Shown: positions 10,859 to 24,624, counted from the first letter of the stretch. The stretch is DNA of 64,000 nt from an uncultured Verrucomicrobiae bacterium (GCA_963769025.1 CAVYKI010000010.1:128001-192000), one strand, 5' to 3'. The notes: generated by a model from the letters alone, not told the origin. Made by a program: numbers and translations.

Positions 10859-10928
10859 GACGCACGCCGAACCATCGTAACGTCGGCACCGGACTTGTCG
10901 CCCACCGCCCGCTGCGGTAACGGGCATC

Positions 10929-11750
10929 ATGTCCCAGCCGCGCCGCCGAAAGCCCGACCCGCGCAACCCGCGCTTCATCCCGGGCATCTACAACTACTGC
11001 GACCGGTGGTGCGAGCGCTGCCCGTTTTCCCACCGGTGCGCGCAATTCGCGATGCGCAGCCACGAGCGGACCGGCAATCCCCGGAAGCGCGACATCGAAA
11101 ACCGGAAGTTCTGGGAGGCGCTCGGCTCCGCGCCGGACGCCGGCACCACGGCATTGAAAGGCAAACGCCGCACGCCGAAGTCGCGGACGGCAAAGGGGGC
11201 ATCCATCGAGGCCGCCGCGGCGCATGAAAAGCACCTCGACCGGCGCGCCCGCGCGCTCGGACAGCGCGAGAGCAACGCCGCGCTGACCTACTCCCACATG
11301 GTGGACGAGTGGTTCAACAACGAGCTGCGCCTGCCGCTCCAGCACGTCCGCAACCTCGAGCGCCGCGTGGAAAAGGGCCTCACGAGCGTCGCGCACGCAA
11401 AGGGCGAACTCGTCCGGCTGAACGACTGCGTGGAAATCATCCGCTGGTACCAGGCCTTCATCTACGTGAAGATCTGCCGCGCATTCCTTTCGCTCGTCGA
11501 GGAGGAGGACGACAGCAGCCTCGCCGCCACGCGCGACTCCGCCGGTTCGGCAAAGGTCGCCCTCATCGCCATCGAGCGCAGCCTCGCCGCATGGTTGGCG
11601 ATGCGGGAGATGTTCCCCGAGGAGACGGACTCGATGCTGGAAATCCTCGTCCACCTCGACCGGCTCCGGCGCAGCGTGAAGCGGAAATTTCCCGGCGCAA
11701 AATCCTTCAGGCGTCCCGGCTTCGACGACAAGCCGCGCAAGGCCGCCTGA
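10929..11750 (+). CDS. Hypothetical protein with N-terminal Cys cluster (YNYCDRWCERCPFSHRC)
   Basis: Long ORF with typical codon bias; CX3CX2CX5C motif; C-terminal FPGAKSFRRPGFD. Confidence 0.8.
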   Translation: MSQPRRRKPDPRNPRFIPGIYNYCDRWCERCPFSHRCAQFAMRSHERTGNPRKRDIENRKFWEALGSAPDAGTTALKGKRRTPKSRTAKGASIEAAAAHEKHLDRRARALGQRESNAALTYSHMVDEWFNNELRLPLQHVRNLERRVEKGLTSVAHAKGELVRLNDCVEIIRWYQAFIYVKICRAFLSLVEEEDDSSLAATRDSAGSAKVALIAIERSLAAWLAMREMFPEETDSMLEILVHLDRLRRSVKRKFPGAKSFRRPGFDDKPRKAA

Positions 11751-11826
11751 ACCGGTCCGCCGGTGGCGTCGCGAAGAAAACTCTCGCCCTCGCCAGCGCG
11801 TCTTCCGCACTGTTCCCCACTTCTCA

Positions 11827-13647
<1,821 letters not shown>

Positions 13648-13656
13648 TTTCTGGCG

Positions 13657-14664
13657 CTACGGCGCGAGCAATCCCCGGAACGCCTCGACATACTGGCGCG
13701 CCGCATCCTCGTGGCGGAAACCACCGCGGATCGCCGCAATGCCGGCCGCGCCGAGGCGCGGCCGCACCGCCGCGTCCGATAAAGCAGACACAAGCGCGTC
13801 CCGCCAGCCGTCCTCCTTCACCACGATCCCCGCGCCGCTCCCGGCAATCCACTCGCGATTGACGCCCACATCGCTCGCCACGACCGGCACCCCGCACCGC
13901 ATGTATTGCAGCGCCTTGTAGGCGCACTTGCCGCGGCTGTGCTCATTGTCGGCGAGCGGCATGATCCCCAAGTCGAAGCCCGCGATTTCCTCGTACTCCG
14001 TCTTCTCCGACCACGGGACAAACCGCACGTGCCGGAATTTTTCAAACGCCGGCGGCGCGTTGCAGATCACGACCAGTTCAAAGGGCACGCGCGCGTACGC
14101 CTCGATGAGCGCCTGCTCGATGCCCACGAGATACGGAAGGTTGATCCCCGTCCCCACCCAGCCGACGCGCAGCGGTGAGTTCGACCGCGCTGGAACTTCC
14201 GCCTCCGGCGCCGGGACGCTCGATGGGATGACCATTGTCCGCGTCGCCGGAGCTGTCGCCCGCACGCGGTTTTCGAGGATCGGATTCCCGCAGATCGCGA
14301 GGTCCACCCGCTTCATGAAACGCGCAAAGCGCCGCTGCAGCTTGTTGCTCGGCTTCGCGTCGCCCTCGCGGTTGCGCAGCCACACCGAGTCGTCAAAGTC
14401 GAACACCAGCCGCTTCATCCGCCAACGCAGGATCGCGCCTTCGAGCACGCTCGGCAGCCTTTTCTGCACGAGGAGGATGTCCGCATCGCGCAGCCGCGGA
14501 CCCACGCGCATCCATTCGCGGAGCGAGTCGGGATATTCCTCCACGCCCGTCCGGAAATCCACCGCGTGAAAAAACGGGAGCAGATTCAGGATGCGCACGC
14601 GCGTGCTCGGAGCCGTCTGGCCCTGGATCAGGAAAGTGATTTTCGGCGCGGGTGGCGGCGGCAT
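13657..14664 (-). CDS. Glycosyltransferase family 4
   Basis: VFDFDD, VGWVGT, DLGIMPL, GKCAYKALQYM..G.PVVAS.VG. Confidence 0.88.
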   Translation of the reverse strand: MPPPPAPKITFLIQGQTAPSTRVRILNLLPFFHAVDFRTGVEEYPDSLREWMRVGPRLRDADILLVQKRLPSVLEGAILRWRMKRLVFDFDDSVWLRNREGDAKPSNKLQRRFARFMKRVDLAICGNPILENRVRATAPATRTMVIPSSVPAPEAEVPARSNSPLRVGWVGTGINLPYLVGIEQALIEAYARVPFELVVICNAPPAFEKFRHVRFVPWSEKTEYEEIAGFDLGIMPLADNEHSRGKCAYKALQYMRCGVPVVASDVGVNREWIAGSGAGIVVKEDGWRDALVSALSDAAVRPRLGAAGIAAIRGGFRHEDAARQYVEAFRGLLAP

Positions 14665-14679
14665 GGGAACTCCCGGCGT

Positions 14680-15739
14680 TTACACCGTCTCCGCCTTCGA
14701 TGTCGGCACGGCGGATGCAGGGACGTCCCGCGCGATCTCCCTCGCAGCAGCCTCCACCTGCCGCACCGTCACGCGCAGGATCGGATTTTCGACGCCGACC
14801 ATCTCCGCCGGCCACTCCTCCATTTCGCCGAGCCCCGCAAGCACTCGGTTGGCCACCTGCCAAGGCTTCCATTGCACGACCGAGCTCAGCCCGAAAATCG
14901 CCACGGTCGGACACTGGCACGCCGCCGCGAGATGCATCGCCGCCGTGTCCACACCCACGAAGACCCGCGCGGAAAAAAGCAGCTCCGCCAGTTGCGCCCA
15001 GCCCAGCTTCCCCTGCGTGCTGAACGCCTCCCCGCCAATTCCCGCCGCGATGCGGTCGCCCAGTTCAATCTCCTCCTCCGCAGGCCCGACGCTCACGACG
15101 ATCGGTTTTCCGTCCGCCCTTAGCGCGCGTCCCAATTCGATCCAGCGCTCCTCCGGCCAGAATTTCTCCACCATCCGCGTCGCCGGATGAAACACCACGC
15201 AGCCACGGCCGGCCCGCTCCGATGCCCACGACGTGACGGCCCGCTCGCGCGCAAAACACAGCGACCCCGGCCCGTCGCCGAGCTCCAGCGCGTGCATGAC
15301 GGTGAAAAAATCCTTCTCCGCGCGATGCCGGTAGCGCCACTCAAAATGCGAGACGCTTTTGAAAACCAGGCTTCCAGATTCGCGGCAGCTTGATGAGCGA
15401 ATCATTCGTGCAGCGCACATCCGCCCGCGCGAGCGCGCAGACCCAGCGACCGCGATCGCCGTCACTCAGCTCGAATGCGTAATCAAATTTCTTCCGGCGC
15501 AGTTCGGCGATCGTGCGCGCCTCCTCGAGCCAGTTCAGGGCAGACCGCCGGCTCCCCTCCGGCGCGGCCGCCGTCAGTATTCGGTCAATCGCCGGGCATC
15601 CCGCGAGGATTCCCTCCGTCCCCTTTCGCACGACCACGGTGATCTCCGCGTCCGGATACCGTGCGCGGATCGCCATGATCACCGGCGTCATCAGCAATGC
15701 ATCGCCGATGTGCTTGAGCTTGGTGAGAAGGATTCGCAT
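14680..15739 (-). CDS. Glycosyltransferase family 9 (LPS heptosyltransferase-like); frameshift near 15362
   Basis: MRILLTKLKHIGDALL; VFHP..KFWP; FVGVDTAAMHLAAA; VAIFG. Confidence 0.85.
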
Positions 15740-15759
15740 CGAGGTAAGGTCCGCCGTGG

Positions 15760-17466
15760 TCAGCGCGGATAGGGAAGCAGCTTTGTGCCGCTCGGTGTCC
15801 ACGTCGAGCAGCCACACGCGGCGGTCCTTGAAATATTCGAGCAGCCTCGCGTTGTGCGCCGCATCCATCTCGCGGGCCCAGAGGATTTCCGAGCCATCAA
15901 GGTCCACGCCATTCCGCGTCCAGTCGCGATATCCGAAGGACGGCGTGTTCGCGACATTCGGCGCGTAGCGGATGACGATGAGATGCCTCCCGCCCTCGCG
16001 GTGAAGCTGATCGACGATCTGCTGGCGCTGCGCCCACCAGCCGTCGGGATATTGCGCCGCGACATCGCGCCCGGTCGCAAGCACCGACACCGCGCAGAGG
16101 ATCACCGAGCCGCGCGCGAGGAAAAGCCCGGCCGGCTTTCCATGCCAGCGCCACGTGCGCAGATGCCGCATGCACTGCACGGCTGAGAAAAAGAACAGGC
16201 CAAACACCGGCGCCGCGTAGTGGAAGAACGTCCAGTTCACCAGCAGCAGCGCCGCGAAGAAGACGAGCGTGAACACGAGCGCGAACTTCATCCACCCGTC
16301 GCGCCGCAACGCCCACGGGAGCGCGACGAGCGAGAGCGTGAGAAACCAGAGGCGCATGTCGCCGCGGAGCAGCCGCCACGTGCGCTCGATGAGTCCGGTC
16401 GCGAGTCCCTTCAGCGCCGATCTGCTTTGAGTAACCGCGATATTCCCAGCCGGTGTGGAAATCCCGGATGTCCGCATGGCGGTACACGGGCATCGGCGGC
16501 GCTGTCTGCCAGATGAAAATCGGCGCGGCCATGTACTGCGCGACGTGGATTTGATACGGCATCGTCAGCGGGTTGCCCGTGACACGGCTGTTGTAAAATC
16601 CGAGCCACGCCGCAGCGACGCAAAGCAACGCGGCGGCAGGCAACACCACCCGCACCACGAGTTCGCGCAGCGCGATCCTTTTGCGAAACGCCGCGACGAG
16701 CATCACGATCCCGAGCAGCAGCGTGAGCACGCCGCCTTCGTACGGACGGGTGAAAAGCAGCACCGCGACACCCGACGCCATCAGCAGGCCGTCGCGGACG
16801 CGCGGCCTGTTCATCACGCGGCGGAATGCGCCGATGGCCAGCGCGCCGCCCGCGAGCGCGAGGCAGCCGCCCCAGTAGCGCTGACTCCACATCAGCACCT
16901 CCGGATGCACGGCGGAGAGAAATCCGCCGAGCAGGGCCCAGCGCGCCGGGAGCCAGGCCATGAGCATCCACGTGATCGCGGCGCAGGCGAGCGCGGCGCC
17001 GAGCCAGACGCCGACGATGGGATGCGCGATCACTTTTCCCAGCGCGAGCAGGAGCCCCTGGCCGGGCGGATACTTCGACGAATAGGTCGGCTGCTGCAGC
17101 ACGTGGAATGTCTCGAAGTGCTCCCACATCGGGATGCGGCGGGTTCGCGAGCCGGCCGTGCGTGAATGTGTCCGCCGCGAACAGGTAGCTGAACTCGTCG
17201 TCCACCTTCGGCATCGGCACCCCGATGACCGCCGCCATCGCCGCGACGACGCCAAACGCGGTGAGTCCCACCATAAAAATTGCGAGCCCGCGGCGACGCG
17301 CCAGCGCGGCGGCGGCACGCTCGAATGGACGCATCCAGCGAAGCCCGCGATGCGGCGCGAAAAATGCCAGCGCGAGCAGCAGCGCGATGCCGATGCCGTA
17401 GAACAAAATCTCCGGCCCACTGCGACCGAGACCGGCGGCGAGCGGGAGATGTTGGAAAGGCATCAC
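15760..17466 (-). CDS. Polytopic membrane protein, GT-C/ArnT-like putative glycan modifier; frameshifts at ~17135, ~16420, ~15790
   Basis: [53 protein letters not shown]; tail KLLPYPR* at 15760. Confidence 0.7.
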
Positions 17467-17552
17467 GCTCCTTTGAATGAAAGGGCGCGCGCGGTCATCT
17501 GGAAAAATCGCACGGCGGCGGGCGGCGGGTCGTCGGGACGCCAGCGTTCCAC

Positions 17553-20500
17553 TTACAAGCGCGTGACCGTCTCGTGGAGATTGAGGATTGCCCGCGCCAC
17601 GGCGGTGTAGGCGGCGAGATCGACCGTCTGCACGTCAGCCGGAACGGGAGCGAAGCCGACTTTCGTGATTTCCCCGGCTGCGTTTGGATCCTTCTCGATG
17701 ACGGAACGCTGCCGATCGAGGAGGCTGCGCAGCGTCGCGATCTCCACGGGCTTCGCTGCGCGACCGGTGGCTTCGCGCCATGCCCACGCGATGCGCGACT
17801 CGGGGGTCGGGCCGCCTTCCTTCAAAATCCTCGCGGCAAATGCTCGGGCGGCCTCGACGAATTCCGGATCGTTCAGGAGCACGAGCGCCTGCTGCGGGAT
17901 GTTCGAGCGCGTGCGGTCTGCGGCGCACTCCTCGCGCGTCGGCGCGTCGAAGGCGAGCATCGCGGGATGCACGTAACTGCGCTGCCACCACGTGTAGAGG
18001 CCGCGGCGCCACTGGTTCTCGTTGTTGTCCGCCTCCCACTTGCGCACGGGAAAGTTGAGGTTCTCCCAGTAGCCGTCGGGCTGGTACGGCTTCACGCTCG
18101 GGCCGCCGAGTTTCTGCACGAGGAGGCCGGAAATGCTCAGTGCGTTGTCGCGGACGAATTCCGCATCGAGCCGCCAGCGGCCCTGACGGGCGAGGTCGCG
18201 GTTGTCGGGATCGCGCGCGAGCAGGTCCTTCGGCGCGATGCTCGACTGCCGGTAGGTGCCGCTCTCGGTCATCAGCCGGACCATGTGTTTCACGTCCCAT
18301 CCGGAGTCCATGAACTCGACGGCGAGCCAGTCGAGCAGCGGCTGGTTTGGCGGCACCTCGCCCTGCGTGCCGAGGTCCTCGAGCGTCTTCACGAGGCCGA
18401 TGCCGTAAAATTGTTTCCACAGCCGGTTCACAAAAGTGCGAGCGGTGAGCGGATTGCCGCGGCTCACAACCCAGTTTGCGAGGTCGAGCCGTGAAAGGCG
18501 CGCGCCCTCGGCGGGCTTCGGCGCGCCGGGGAGGTAGCCGGGCGTCGCGGGCGAGACGATGTCGCCCTTGTCGTTCATCCAGTCGCCACGCGGCAGGATG
18601 CGCACCGTGCGATACTGCTCGCTGTGCTCGGAGACGATGCAGCGTGCGATGGTCTTCTCGAAATTCGCGCGCTCCACCTGCGCGTCGGCGATCTTTTTGC
18701 GCAGCGGCGCGAGTTGCGGCGAGACGGTCCGGAAATGCTTCGCGAGCTTCACGCGCTGATCCGGCTTGCGCTGATCGGCGGGGATTTCAATCAGCGCGAC
18801 GATGTCCGGCGGATATTCCATCTGCGGCGCGCGGATCGGCTTCGGTGCTTCCGTGGTGAGGATGCGGAATTTTCCGAGCGTATGCCGGTCGCCGTAAATC
18901 TGCCGCAGCTCGAACACGACCGTCTTTTCGCCGGTCAGCGGTGCCGCCAGTTCGAAATATGCGGACGCATCGCGGCCCGTGTTGCCGAGGACCGCCCAGC
19001 CGTTCTTCGCGTCGTTCGCCTTGCCGTCGATCGCCTGCGCAACCGGGAGGCCCTTCTGCTCGAAGGTCGCCGTCGCGCCGGCGATCTTCACCGGCTTGTT
19101 GTCGAGCTTCACGGTGAATTCGTTCAGCACGAAATTCCCATTCCCGCCGCGACCAGGGCCTTTCGACGGCAGCGAATCATCTGCGAGCGCGTCGAGCTTC
19201 ATGCCGGTGATCGTACCCGCGGGCAGCTTTGCCGTGATGAAAAATGTGTCCGACGCTGCCGCGCTGTCCGCCTTGTTTTCGATGATCCCGCCGTCGCGCA
19301 CCTCCAGCTTCGAGCCGCGGTCGGCGTGGACTTTCTCCGGTGTCAGCACGGTCCACGGCACGTCCGCCTTGCCGCTGGCTGCGCGCTTTTCCCACTCCGA
19401 CTGCTGGCGGTCGCGCTCGGCGCCCGGCGCGTCGAGCTCCACCTGCAGTGCGACGATGCGCGTGTCGAATTCCTTCAGCCGCGCCTCCTGCTCCGGCGTC
19501 GCCACGGGCATCCCCTCTTCGCGGCGGCCGATGGCGCTCTCCTTGATGTCCGCAAAAAACGCACCGAGGCTGTAGAAGTCGCGCGTGGTGAACGGATCGA
19601 ATTTGTGGTCGTGGCACTCGGCGCACATGAAGGTCTGCGCGAGCCACGTCGTGCCGATGCTTTTCACGCGGTCGGTGACGGATTTCGCCTCGTATTCCTT
19701 CGCCTGCGCGCCGCCTTCCTCGGTGGTCAAAGTGAGACGGTTGTAGGCGCTGGCGACCTTTTGCTCCTGCGTCGCACCGGGCAGCAGATCGCCTGCGACC
19801 TGCTCGACGGTGAAGCGGTCGAAGGGCTTGTTCGCGTTGAACGCACGGATGACGTAGTCGCGATACGGCCAGACGTTGCGCGGGTTGTCCGAGTGGTAGC
19901 CGGCGGTGTCGGCGAAACGCACGAGGTCCAGCCACCACACGGCCATGCGCTCGCCGTAATGCTCGGACGCGAGCAGCCGATCCACGAGCCGTTCATACGC
20001 ATCGGGGCGCGTGTCTTTTGCAAAAGCGTCCACGTCGCCCTGCGTCGGCGGCAAGCCGGTGAGATCAAGATGCAGCCTGCGGACGAGGGTCGCCCGGTCT
20101 GCCTCCGGCGCGTGCGCGAGCCCCGCTGCCTGCTGGCGCGCGAGCACGAAGGCGTCGATCGGATTGCGCGAAAAGCCGTCCTTTTTCTCCGGAGGCACCG
20201 CCGGGCGCATGGGCGCGATGTAGGCCCAGTGCGGCTCGTATTCCGCGCCTTGCTCGATCCATTTCCGGATGACCTCCCTATCCCGCGCCGAGAGCTGCCG
20301 GTGCTCCTTCTTCGGAGGCATCACGTCGTCCTCGTCCTTGGTGTTGATGCGCTTCCAGATTTCGCTCTCTTCCGGCTTGCCGGGGACGATGGGGAAAATG
20401 CCGTCGATCTTCGCGAGCGCCGCCTCGCGCACATCGAGCCGCAGGTCCGCCTCGCGCGTATTCTTGTCGAAGCCGTGGCATTTGAAGCACGTATCCGCAA

Positions 20501-20603
20501 GGATGGGCCGCACGTCGCGGTTGTACGCGATTTTCGCCGGAACCGGAGCATCCGCCGCGAACGCGGTAGAAATGAGAAGAGGTGCGAGGAGGGCGCGTTT
20601 CAC
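17553..20603 (-). CDS. DUF1549/DUF1553 (PSD1) and planctomycete cytochrome c domain protein
   Basis: [54 protein letters not shown] start inferred (ORF open to 20678). Confidence 0.92.
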   Translation of the reverse strand: MKRALLAPLLISTAFAADAPVPAKIAYNRDVRPILADTCFKCHGFDKNTREADLRLDVREAALAKIDGIFPIVPGKPEESEIWKRINTKDEDDVMPPKKEHRQLSARDREVIRKWIEQGAEYEPHWAYIAPMRPAVPPEKKDGFSRNPIDAFVLARQQAAGLAHAPEADRATLVRRLHLDLTGLPPTQGDVDAFAKDTRPDAYERLVDRLLASEHYGERMAVWWLDLVRFADTAGYHSDNPRNVWPYRDYVIRAFNANKPFDRFTVEQVAGDLLPGATQEQKVASAYNRLTLTTEEGGAQAKEYEAKSVTDRVKSIGTTWLAQTFMCAECHDHKFDPFTTRDFYSLGAFFADIKESAIGRREEGMPVATPEQEARLKEFDTRIVALQVELDAPGAERDRQQSEWEKRAASGKADVPWTVLTPEKVHADRGSKLEVRDGGIIENKADSAAASDTFFITAKLPAGTITGMKLDALADDSLPSKGPGRGGNGNFVLNEFTVKLDNKPVKIAGATATFEQKGLPVAQAIDGKANDAKNGWAVLGNTGRDASAYFELAAPLTGEKTVVFELRQIYGDRHTLGKFRILTTEAPKPIRAPQMEYPPDIVALIEIPADQRKPDQRVKLAKHFRTVSPQLAPLRKKIADAQVERANFEKTIARCIVSEHSEQYRTVRILPRGDWMNDKGDIVSPATPGYLPGAPKPAEGARLSRLDLANWVVSRGNPLTARTFVNRLWKQFYGIGLVKTLEDLGTQGEVPPNQPLLDWLAVEFMDSGWDVKHMVRLMTESGTYRQSSIAPKDLLARDPDNRDLARQGRWRLDAEFVRDNALSISGLLVQKLGGPSVKPYQPDGYWENLNFPVRKWEADNNENQWRRGLYTWWQRSYVHPAMLAFDAPTREECAADRTRSNIPQQALVLLNDPEFVEAARAFAARILKEGGPTPESRIAWAWREATGRAAKPVEIATLRSLLDRQRSVIEKDPNAAGEITKVGFAPVPADVQTVDLAAYTAVARAILNLHETVTRL

Positions 20604-20845
20604 GAGGGGAATCTTTGCGATGCCGGGAGAATACGCAAGACGGCGATGGAGAAGGCTCGGCATTGAAAATGGGGGCACCGTGCTTCACAACGCATCCGAG
20701 TGAGCGGACCGTTTATCGCGGGCGATGGCGTCTGTTCCAGCGAGCGAGGACCCGCGCGTAACCGGCAGAATAATCAGTTTATTGCCGCGCTCGAAGGCCA
20801 AGAATCAGTTGCCGAGGTGAAAACGTTGCGTAGCTTCGCCGCCCC

Positions 20846-22762
20846 ATGCGCCTTCTCCCTTCGCTCCTTGTCGCCATGATCGCCCTCGCCGGGCCGCTCT
20901 TTGCACAGAACAACGACCCCATCACGCTCGTTGGTTCCATCCCCAGCAAGTCGATCGTGCAGCCCGTGGCCTCTCCGGCGATCGATCTCCGGTCTTACTT
21001 TGACGTCCCGACCCTCGCTGGAAAACAGGTGGTGCAGTTCAACACGCGGGGATTGCCGGGAGGCGGCATTTTCAATGTGGTGATGGACTCCGTCAACGCG
21101 CCCAACACGGTCGCCAATTTTCTGGCATACGCGAACGCCGGCAGTTTCACGAACAGCCTCATCCACCGGTCGAACCCGAACTACCGCATCATCCAAGGCG
21201 GCGGATTCGTGAACAACAACACGTTCCTCTCCTACATCGGCACGGTTGCGCCCGTCGCAATGGAAACCTCGGCCTCGATGGTCCATGAACGCGGCACGAT
21301 CGCCATGGCGCGGTCGGACTATTATCAGTCGGGTTTCACGCTCGATACAGCCACCAGCCAATGGTTCATCAATACCGCCGACAACACCGGAACCTGGGAT
21401 CCGGCGAGCGCGAACACTCCCAACAGTTATGCCGCGTTTGGCCGCGTCACCGGCACGGGCATGACGGTCGTGGATGCCATCGCGGCGCTCCCGGTGCCGA
21501 GCGGGGTCCTCACCGTATCGAGCAGCGCGACCAACAGCAAATTCGTCACCGTGAACACCAGCACCCTGCCCGCGGGATTCGGGGCCGGCTGGGGGCTGCT
21601 CGGCTCGAACGTTAACAGCATCGTCGGAAGCTTCGTCACCCTTCAGGACAACGCCAATCAGAATATCAGCACGGCAACGCCGGTTGCGTGGCAGAGGCTG
21701 AGCGCCCCGCTCAATGAACTGCCGGTCCTCAGCCCTCTCCCGGCCGACAACACTCTCTTCTATTCCAACCTGGTCACCGAGAACAGCATCTCGGTGGTGC
21801 CCCTTTTTCCCGCCACGGCGGGCGGGGCGGCTGTGGTCACATTTTCTGCGACGAGTTCGAATCCCGGGCTCGTCAATGTCTCGATCAGCGGGAGCAATTT
21901 GAGTGTCGCCGCGGCGGCAAACCTGACCGGTGCGGCGACCGTCACCGTGACTGCGACGGACTCCAACGGAAACTCGGTCCAATCCCAGTTCAACGTCTCC
22001 GTGACGCGCAAGGTCTTGGATTACAACAGCGACGGACACGCCGACCTTCTCTTGCAGAATGGGAGCGGGCAGGTCGTCCTGTGGCGGATGAATGGCAACG
22101 CCGGCGTCGCCAGCTCGGCCTACCTGTATTCCGGCGGCCTCGGCGATTGGTACCTGGCGGCCACCGCAGATATCGATGCCAACGGCACGTCCGATCTCAT
22201 CTTCCAAAACACCATCGGGCAGATCGCCGTATGGCGCATGAATAGCAACGGAAGCATCGCCAGCTCCACCTACCTCTCCAGCAGCGGCCTCGGCGAGTGG
22301 AAAATCGTGGGCACTGCGGACCTCAACCGCGACGGTTATCCCGACGTGGTTTTCCAGAATAACTCGAACCAGATTTTTGTGTGGTATCTTAACGCCAGCG
22401 GCGCGGTTGCCGCGTCCGGATACCTTTACAGCGGCGGTCTCGGCGACTGGCGGGTGCGCGGCTTGGCGGACGTAAACAGCGACGGCAGGCCCGACTTGAT
22501 TTTCCAAAATACGTCCGGCCAGATCGTGGTCTGGTACCTGAGCAGCACGGGCGCCGTGACGTCATCCGCATACATCTCGAGCAGCGGCCTCGGGGAGTGG
22601 AAGATCGTGAGCATCGCCGACATGAATGGCGACGGGAAAGCCGACCTGATTCTTCAGAATACCGCCGGCCAGACCTTGGTATGGTATCTGAACGGAAACG
22701 GCGTGGTCTCCGGTTCCGCATGGATCTCGTCGAGTGGCCTGGGCGACTGGCGAGTGCGTTGA
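20846..22762 (+). CDS. Secreted cyclophilin-type peptidyl-prolyl isomerase + Ig-like domain + FG-GAP-like module
   Basis: APNTVANFL, IHR, IIQGGG, RGTIAMAR, SQWFIN, YAAFGRV; five C-terminal repeats. Confidence 0.88.
   Translation: MRLLPSLLVAMIALAGPLFAQNNDPITLVGSIPSKSIVQPVASPAIDLRSYFDVPTLAGKQVVQFNTRGLPGGGIFNVVMDSVNAPNTVANFLAYANAGSFTNSLIHRSNPNYRIIQGGGFVNNNTFLSYIGTVAPVAMETSASMVHERGTIAMARSDYYQSGFTLDTATSQWFINTADNTGTWDPASANTPNSYAAFGRVTGTGMTVVDAIAALPVPSGVLTVSSSATNSKFVTVNTSTLPAGFGAGWGLLGSNVNSIVGSFVTLQDNANQNISTATPVAWQRLSAPLNELPVLSPLPADNTLFYSNLVTENSISVVPLFPATAGGAAVVTFSATSSNPGLVNVSISGSNLSVAAAANLTGAATVTVTATDSNGNSVQSQFNVSVTRKVLDYNSDGHADLLLQNGSGQVVLWRMNGNAGVASSAYLYSGGLGDWYLAATADIDANGTSDLIFQNTIGQIAVWRMNSNGSIASSTYLSSSGLGEWKIVGTADLNRDGYPDVVFQNNSNQIFVWYLNASGAVAASGYLYSGGLGDWRVRGLADVNSDGRPDLIFQNTSGQIVVWYLSSTGAVTSSAYISSSGLGEWKIVSIADMNGDGKADLILQNTAGQTLVWYLNGNGVVSGSAWISSSGLGDWRVR
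22019..22762 (+). repeat. 5 x 150-bp FG-GAP-like repeat module (copy 2)
   Basis: DYNSDG/DIDANG/DLNRDG/DVNSDG/DMNGDG; ends GLGDWRVR*. Confidence 0.9.
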
Positions 22763-22884
22763 TCCGCACAACCCGCGCTCGCGCGGCCTCCCTTCGGCAC
22801 CACTTTCAGGCTTCCGGCTTCGGGCTCTCCCGAACCGCATTCGACAGTCGTCTGTGCCGCTGTTGCGCGACTGCGCCCGGAGCC

Positions 22885-24624
22885 TCAAGGAATGGGTGAC
22901 AAGGGATAAAAGCGCCGGTCGCGTTCATCCACCGCGAACATCACCAGCGAAGGCGCGTCGCCCGTCGTCTCCCAGCGAAACGATTCACTGAAGCCGCTCT
23001 TCGCGGGCAACGTCTTTCCTTGGATTCCCGGCACTTCCTTGTTCCTCAGGCCGATCGCGAGCATCAGCCACGGTTCGAGTTCGCCGGATTGCCCTTTTCG
23101 GCAGACGAGGACTGAGTCAGCAGCGGCATCCAGAAGTGGCTTCACCGCCCATCCCGCGATGCGGATCTCCGACGGCCGTGGCCTGTCCACCCGGACAAAC
23201 CCTCCGCTCGCCGTTTCCGGGTGCCGCGATCGATCGAGAATCCAATCCCCAAAGCTGGTCGTCTCGTGGAGCTTCCGGTCGTGGAGAGCCTTCACCAAGA
23301 CCGACAGATCCGTCCATGCGCAGGCCTTTTCGACGAGCGGGCTCTTAGGAACGACGGCAAGCATCCGGACCGTCAACTGCGTCTGCACGCGACCGAGCCT
23401 GATCCACTCGAACCACCGAAAGTTGTGGTTCCAGGTCCGGAGGAAAAGAAGCAGGAACACGACGACAGTCCACCGGAGCGTCCGTCCGTAATTTCCCTGC
23501 GGCTGCGGCGACCCGAGCATGGCGACCCGGTGCGAGTTGAATGCGGCGAGCAGGCCGACCAGCAGCGCCCCGGAATGGAACAGATACCGTGACGAAAACG
23601 CCTGCTCCACGCCGAAGCCCGCCCGCCCGAGCGCCGTGGTCAGACCGGAAGTGAACGCGTAGGCGATGATGAGCAACGACGGATAGAGCATCCCGAGATA
23701 GGATACCGTCTTCACGCCGGGATGCTTCCAGACCCGGAGCGCAGTGCTCAAAAACACAACCGCAACCGCAATCATGAATGCGATTCCGAGAATGATCCGC
23801 AGAATTGCCCCCGCATGAAACGGACCGCCACACCAGGCGGCCAGGTACTTCAACACTCCCACCGGGTCGTGAAGCGCCTGCGCCAGCGAGGGGTGCGAGG
23901 GCATTGGTTGATACCCGATGAAATACACGCGCACGAAAATCGCGGCGGTCAGCACGTAAAGCGCGGACCAAATCCAAAAGCGGGACTTCCCGCCTTTCAA
24001 ACTCCGGCGACCGGCGAGCCATCGCAGCGCCTCCCGCCAGAACGGAAACGAAATCACCCACAAAAGCATCCCATTGGCGAAACTGAACATCGCCACGGCG
24101 TTGAGGACGACCGTCGCACAAAAACGCAGGGCGAATGACTGGGTGCGATCCTGGATGTGAAACCCGGCCAGGATGCACAGCAGCGGGATAAAGATGATCC
24201 ACTGAATGCCCCACAGCCAGTTCTCGAATGCCGCCGGCGAGAAAAGCAACGCGCTGGAGAGTGAGAGGCAGAGCAAGCCCGTCGGGTCCTGTTCCCGGCC
24301 GCGCGTCACGCGCCGATAGCACACCTTGTGGATCAGGATGAAGATGACCAGGACGAGCAGCCACCCGAGATACATGAAGTGTTTCGGCTGCCATCCCACC
24401 AGTTGGCTCACGGCCAGAAAGATCGCCTTTGGCACGAGCGCGCGGCTTTCGTTGGATTGGGCGAAGTAGTCTGCGAACGTGTGGTTCTCCAAGACGAGGA
24501 ACTGACCCGGGATCGCCCACTCATCCGCATAAGGCACGTTCACTCCATACTTCGCGATCAGGATCAGGATCACCAGCGGTGCCAGGACCGGGATCACGCC
24601 GCCCAATAACCGCGACAGCTTCAT
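22885..24624 (-). CDS. Hypothetical polytopic membrane protein (GT-C-like) with C-terminal beta domain
   Basis: About 11-12 TM segments; VNVPYADEW, QSNESR, ENWLWG, SFANG, GRAGFG..QA.SSRY. Confidence 0.7.
   Translation of the reverse strand: MKLSRLLGGVIPVLAPLVILILIAKYGVNVPYADEWAIPGQFLVLENHTFADYFAQSNESRALVPKAIFLAVSQLVGWQPKHFMYLGWLLVLVIFILIHKVCYRRVTRGREQDPTGLLCLSLSSALLFSPAAFENWLWGIQWIIFIPLLCILAGFHIQDRTQSFALRFCATVVLNAVAMFSFANGMLLWVISFPFWREALRWLAGRRSLKGGKSRFWIWSALYVLTAAIFVRVYFIGYQPMPSHPSLAQALHDPVGVLKYLAAWCGGPFHAGAILRIILGIAFMIAVAVVFLSTALRVWKHPGVKTVSYLGMLYPSLLIIAYAFTSGLTTALGRAGFGVEQAFSSRYLFHSGALLVGLLAAFNSHRVAMLGSPQPQGNYGRTLRWTVVVFLLLFLRTWNHNFRWFEWIRLGRVQTQLTVRMLAVVPKSPLVEKACAWTDLSVLVKALHDRKLHETTSFGDWILDRSRHPETASGGFVRVDRPRPSEIRIAGWAVKPLLDAAADSVLVCRKGQSGELEPWLMLAIGLRNKEVPGIQGKTLPAKSGFSESFRWETTGDAPSLVMFAVDERDRRFYPLSPIP

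Noticed and set aside
15341..16477. Apparent fusion of the GT-C-like protein to the GT9 heptosyltransferase
   Set aside because: An alternative frame gives a natural end (KLLPYPR*) at 15760 and GT9 has its own ATG at 15739; the fusion is an indel artefact.
20815..20830. Shared sigma54 regulon for the three FG-GAP genes
   Set aside because: GG-N10-GC spacing occurs here, but the -24 box is poor and no match was found upstream of the third gene.
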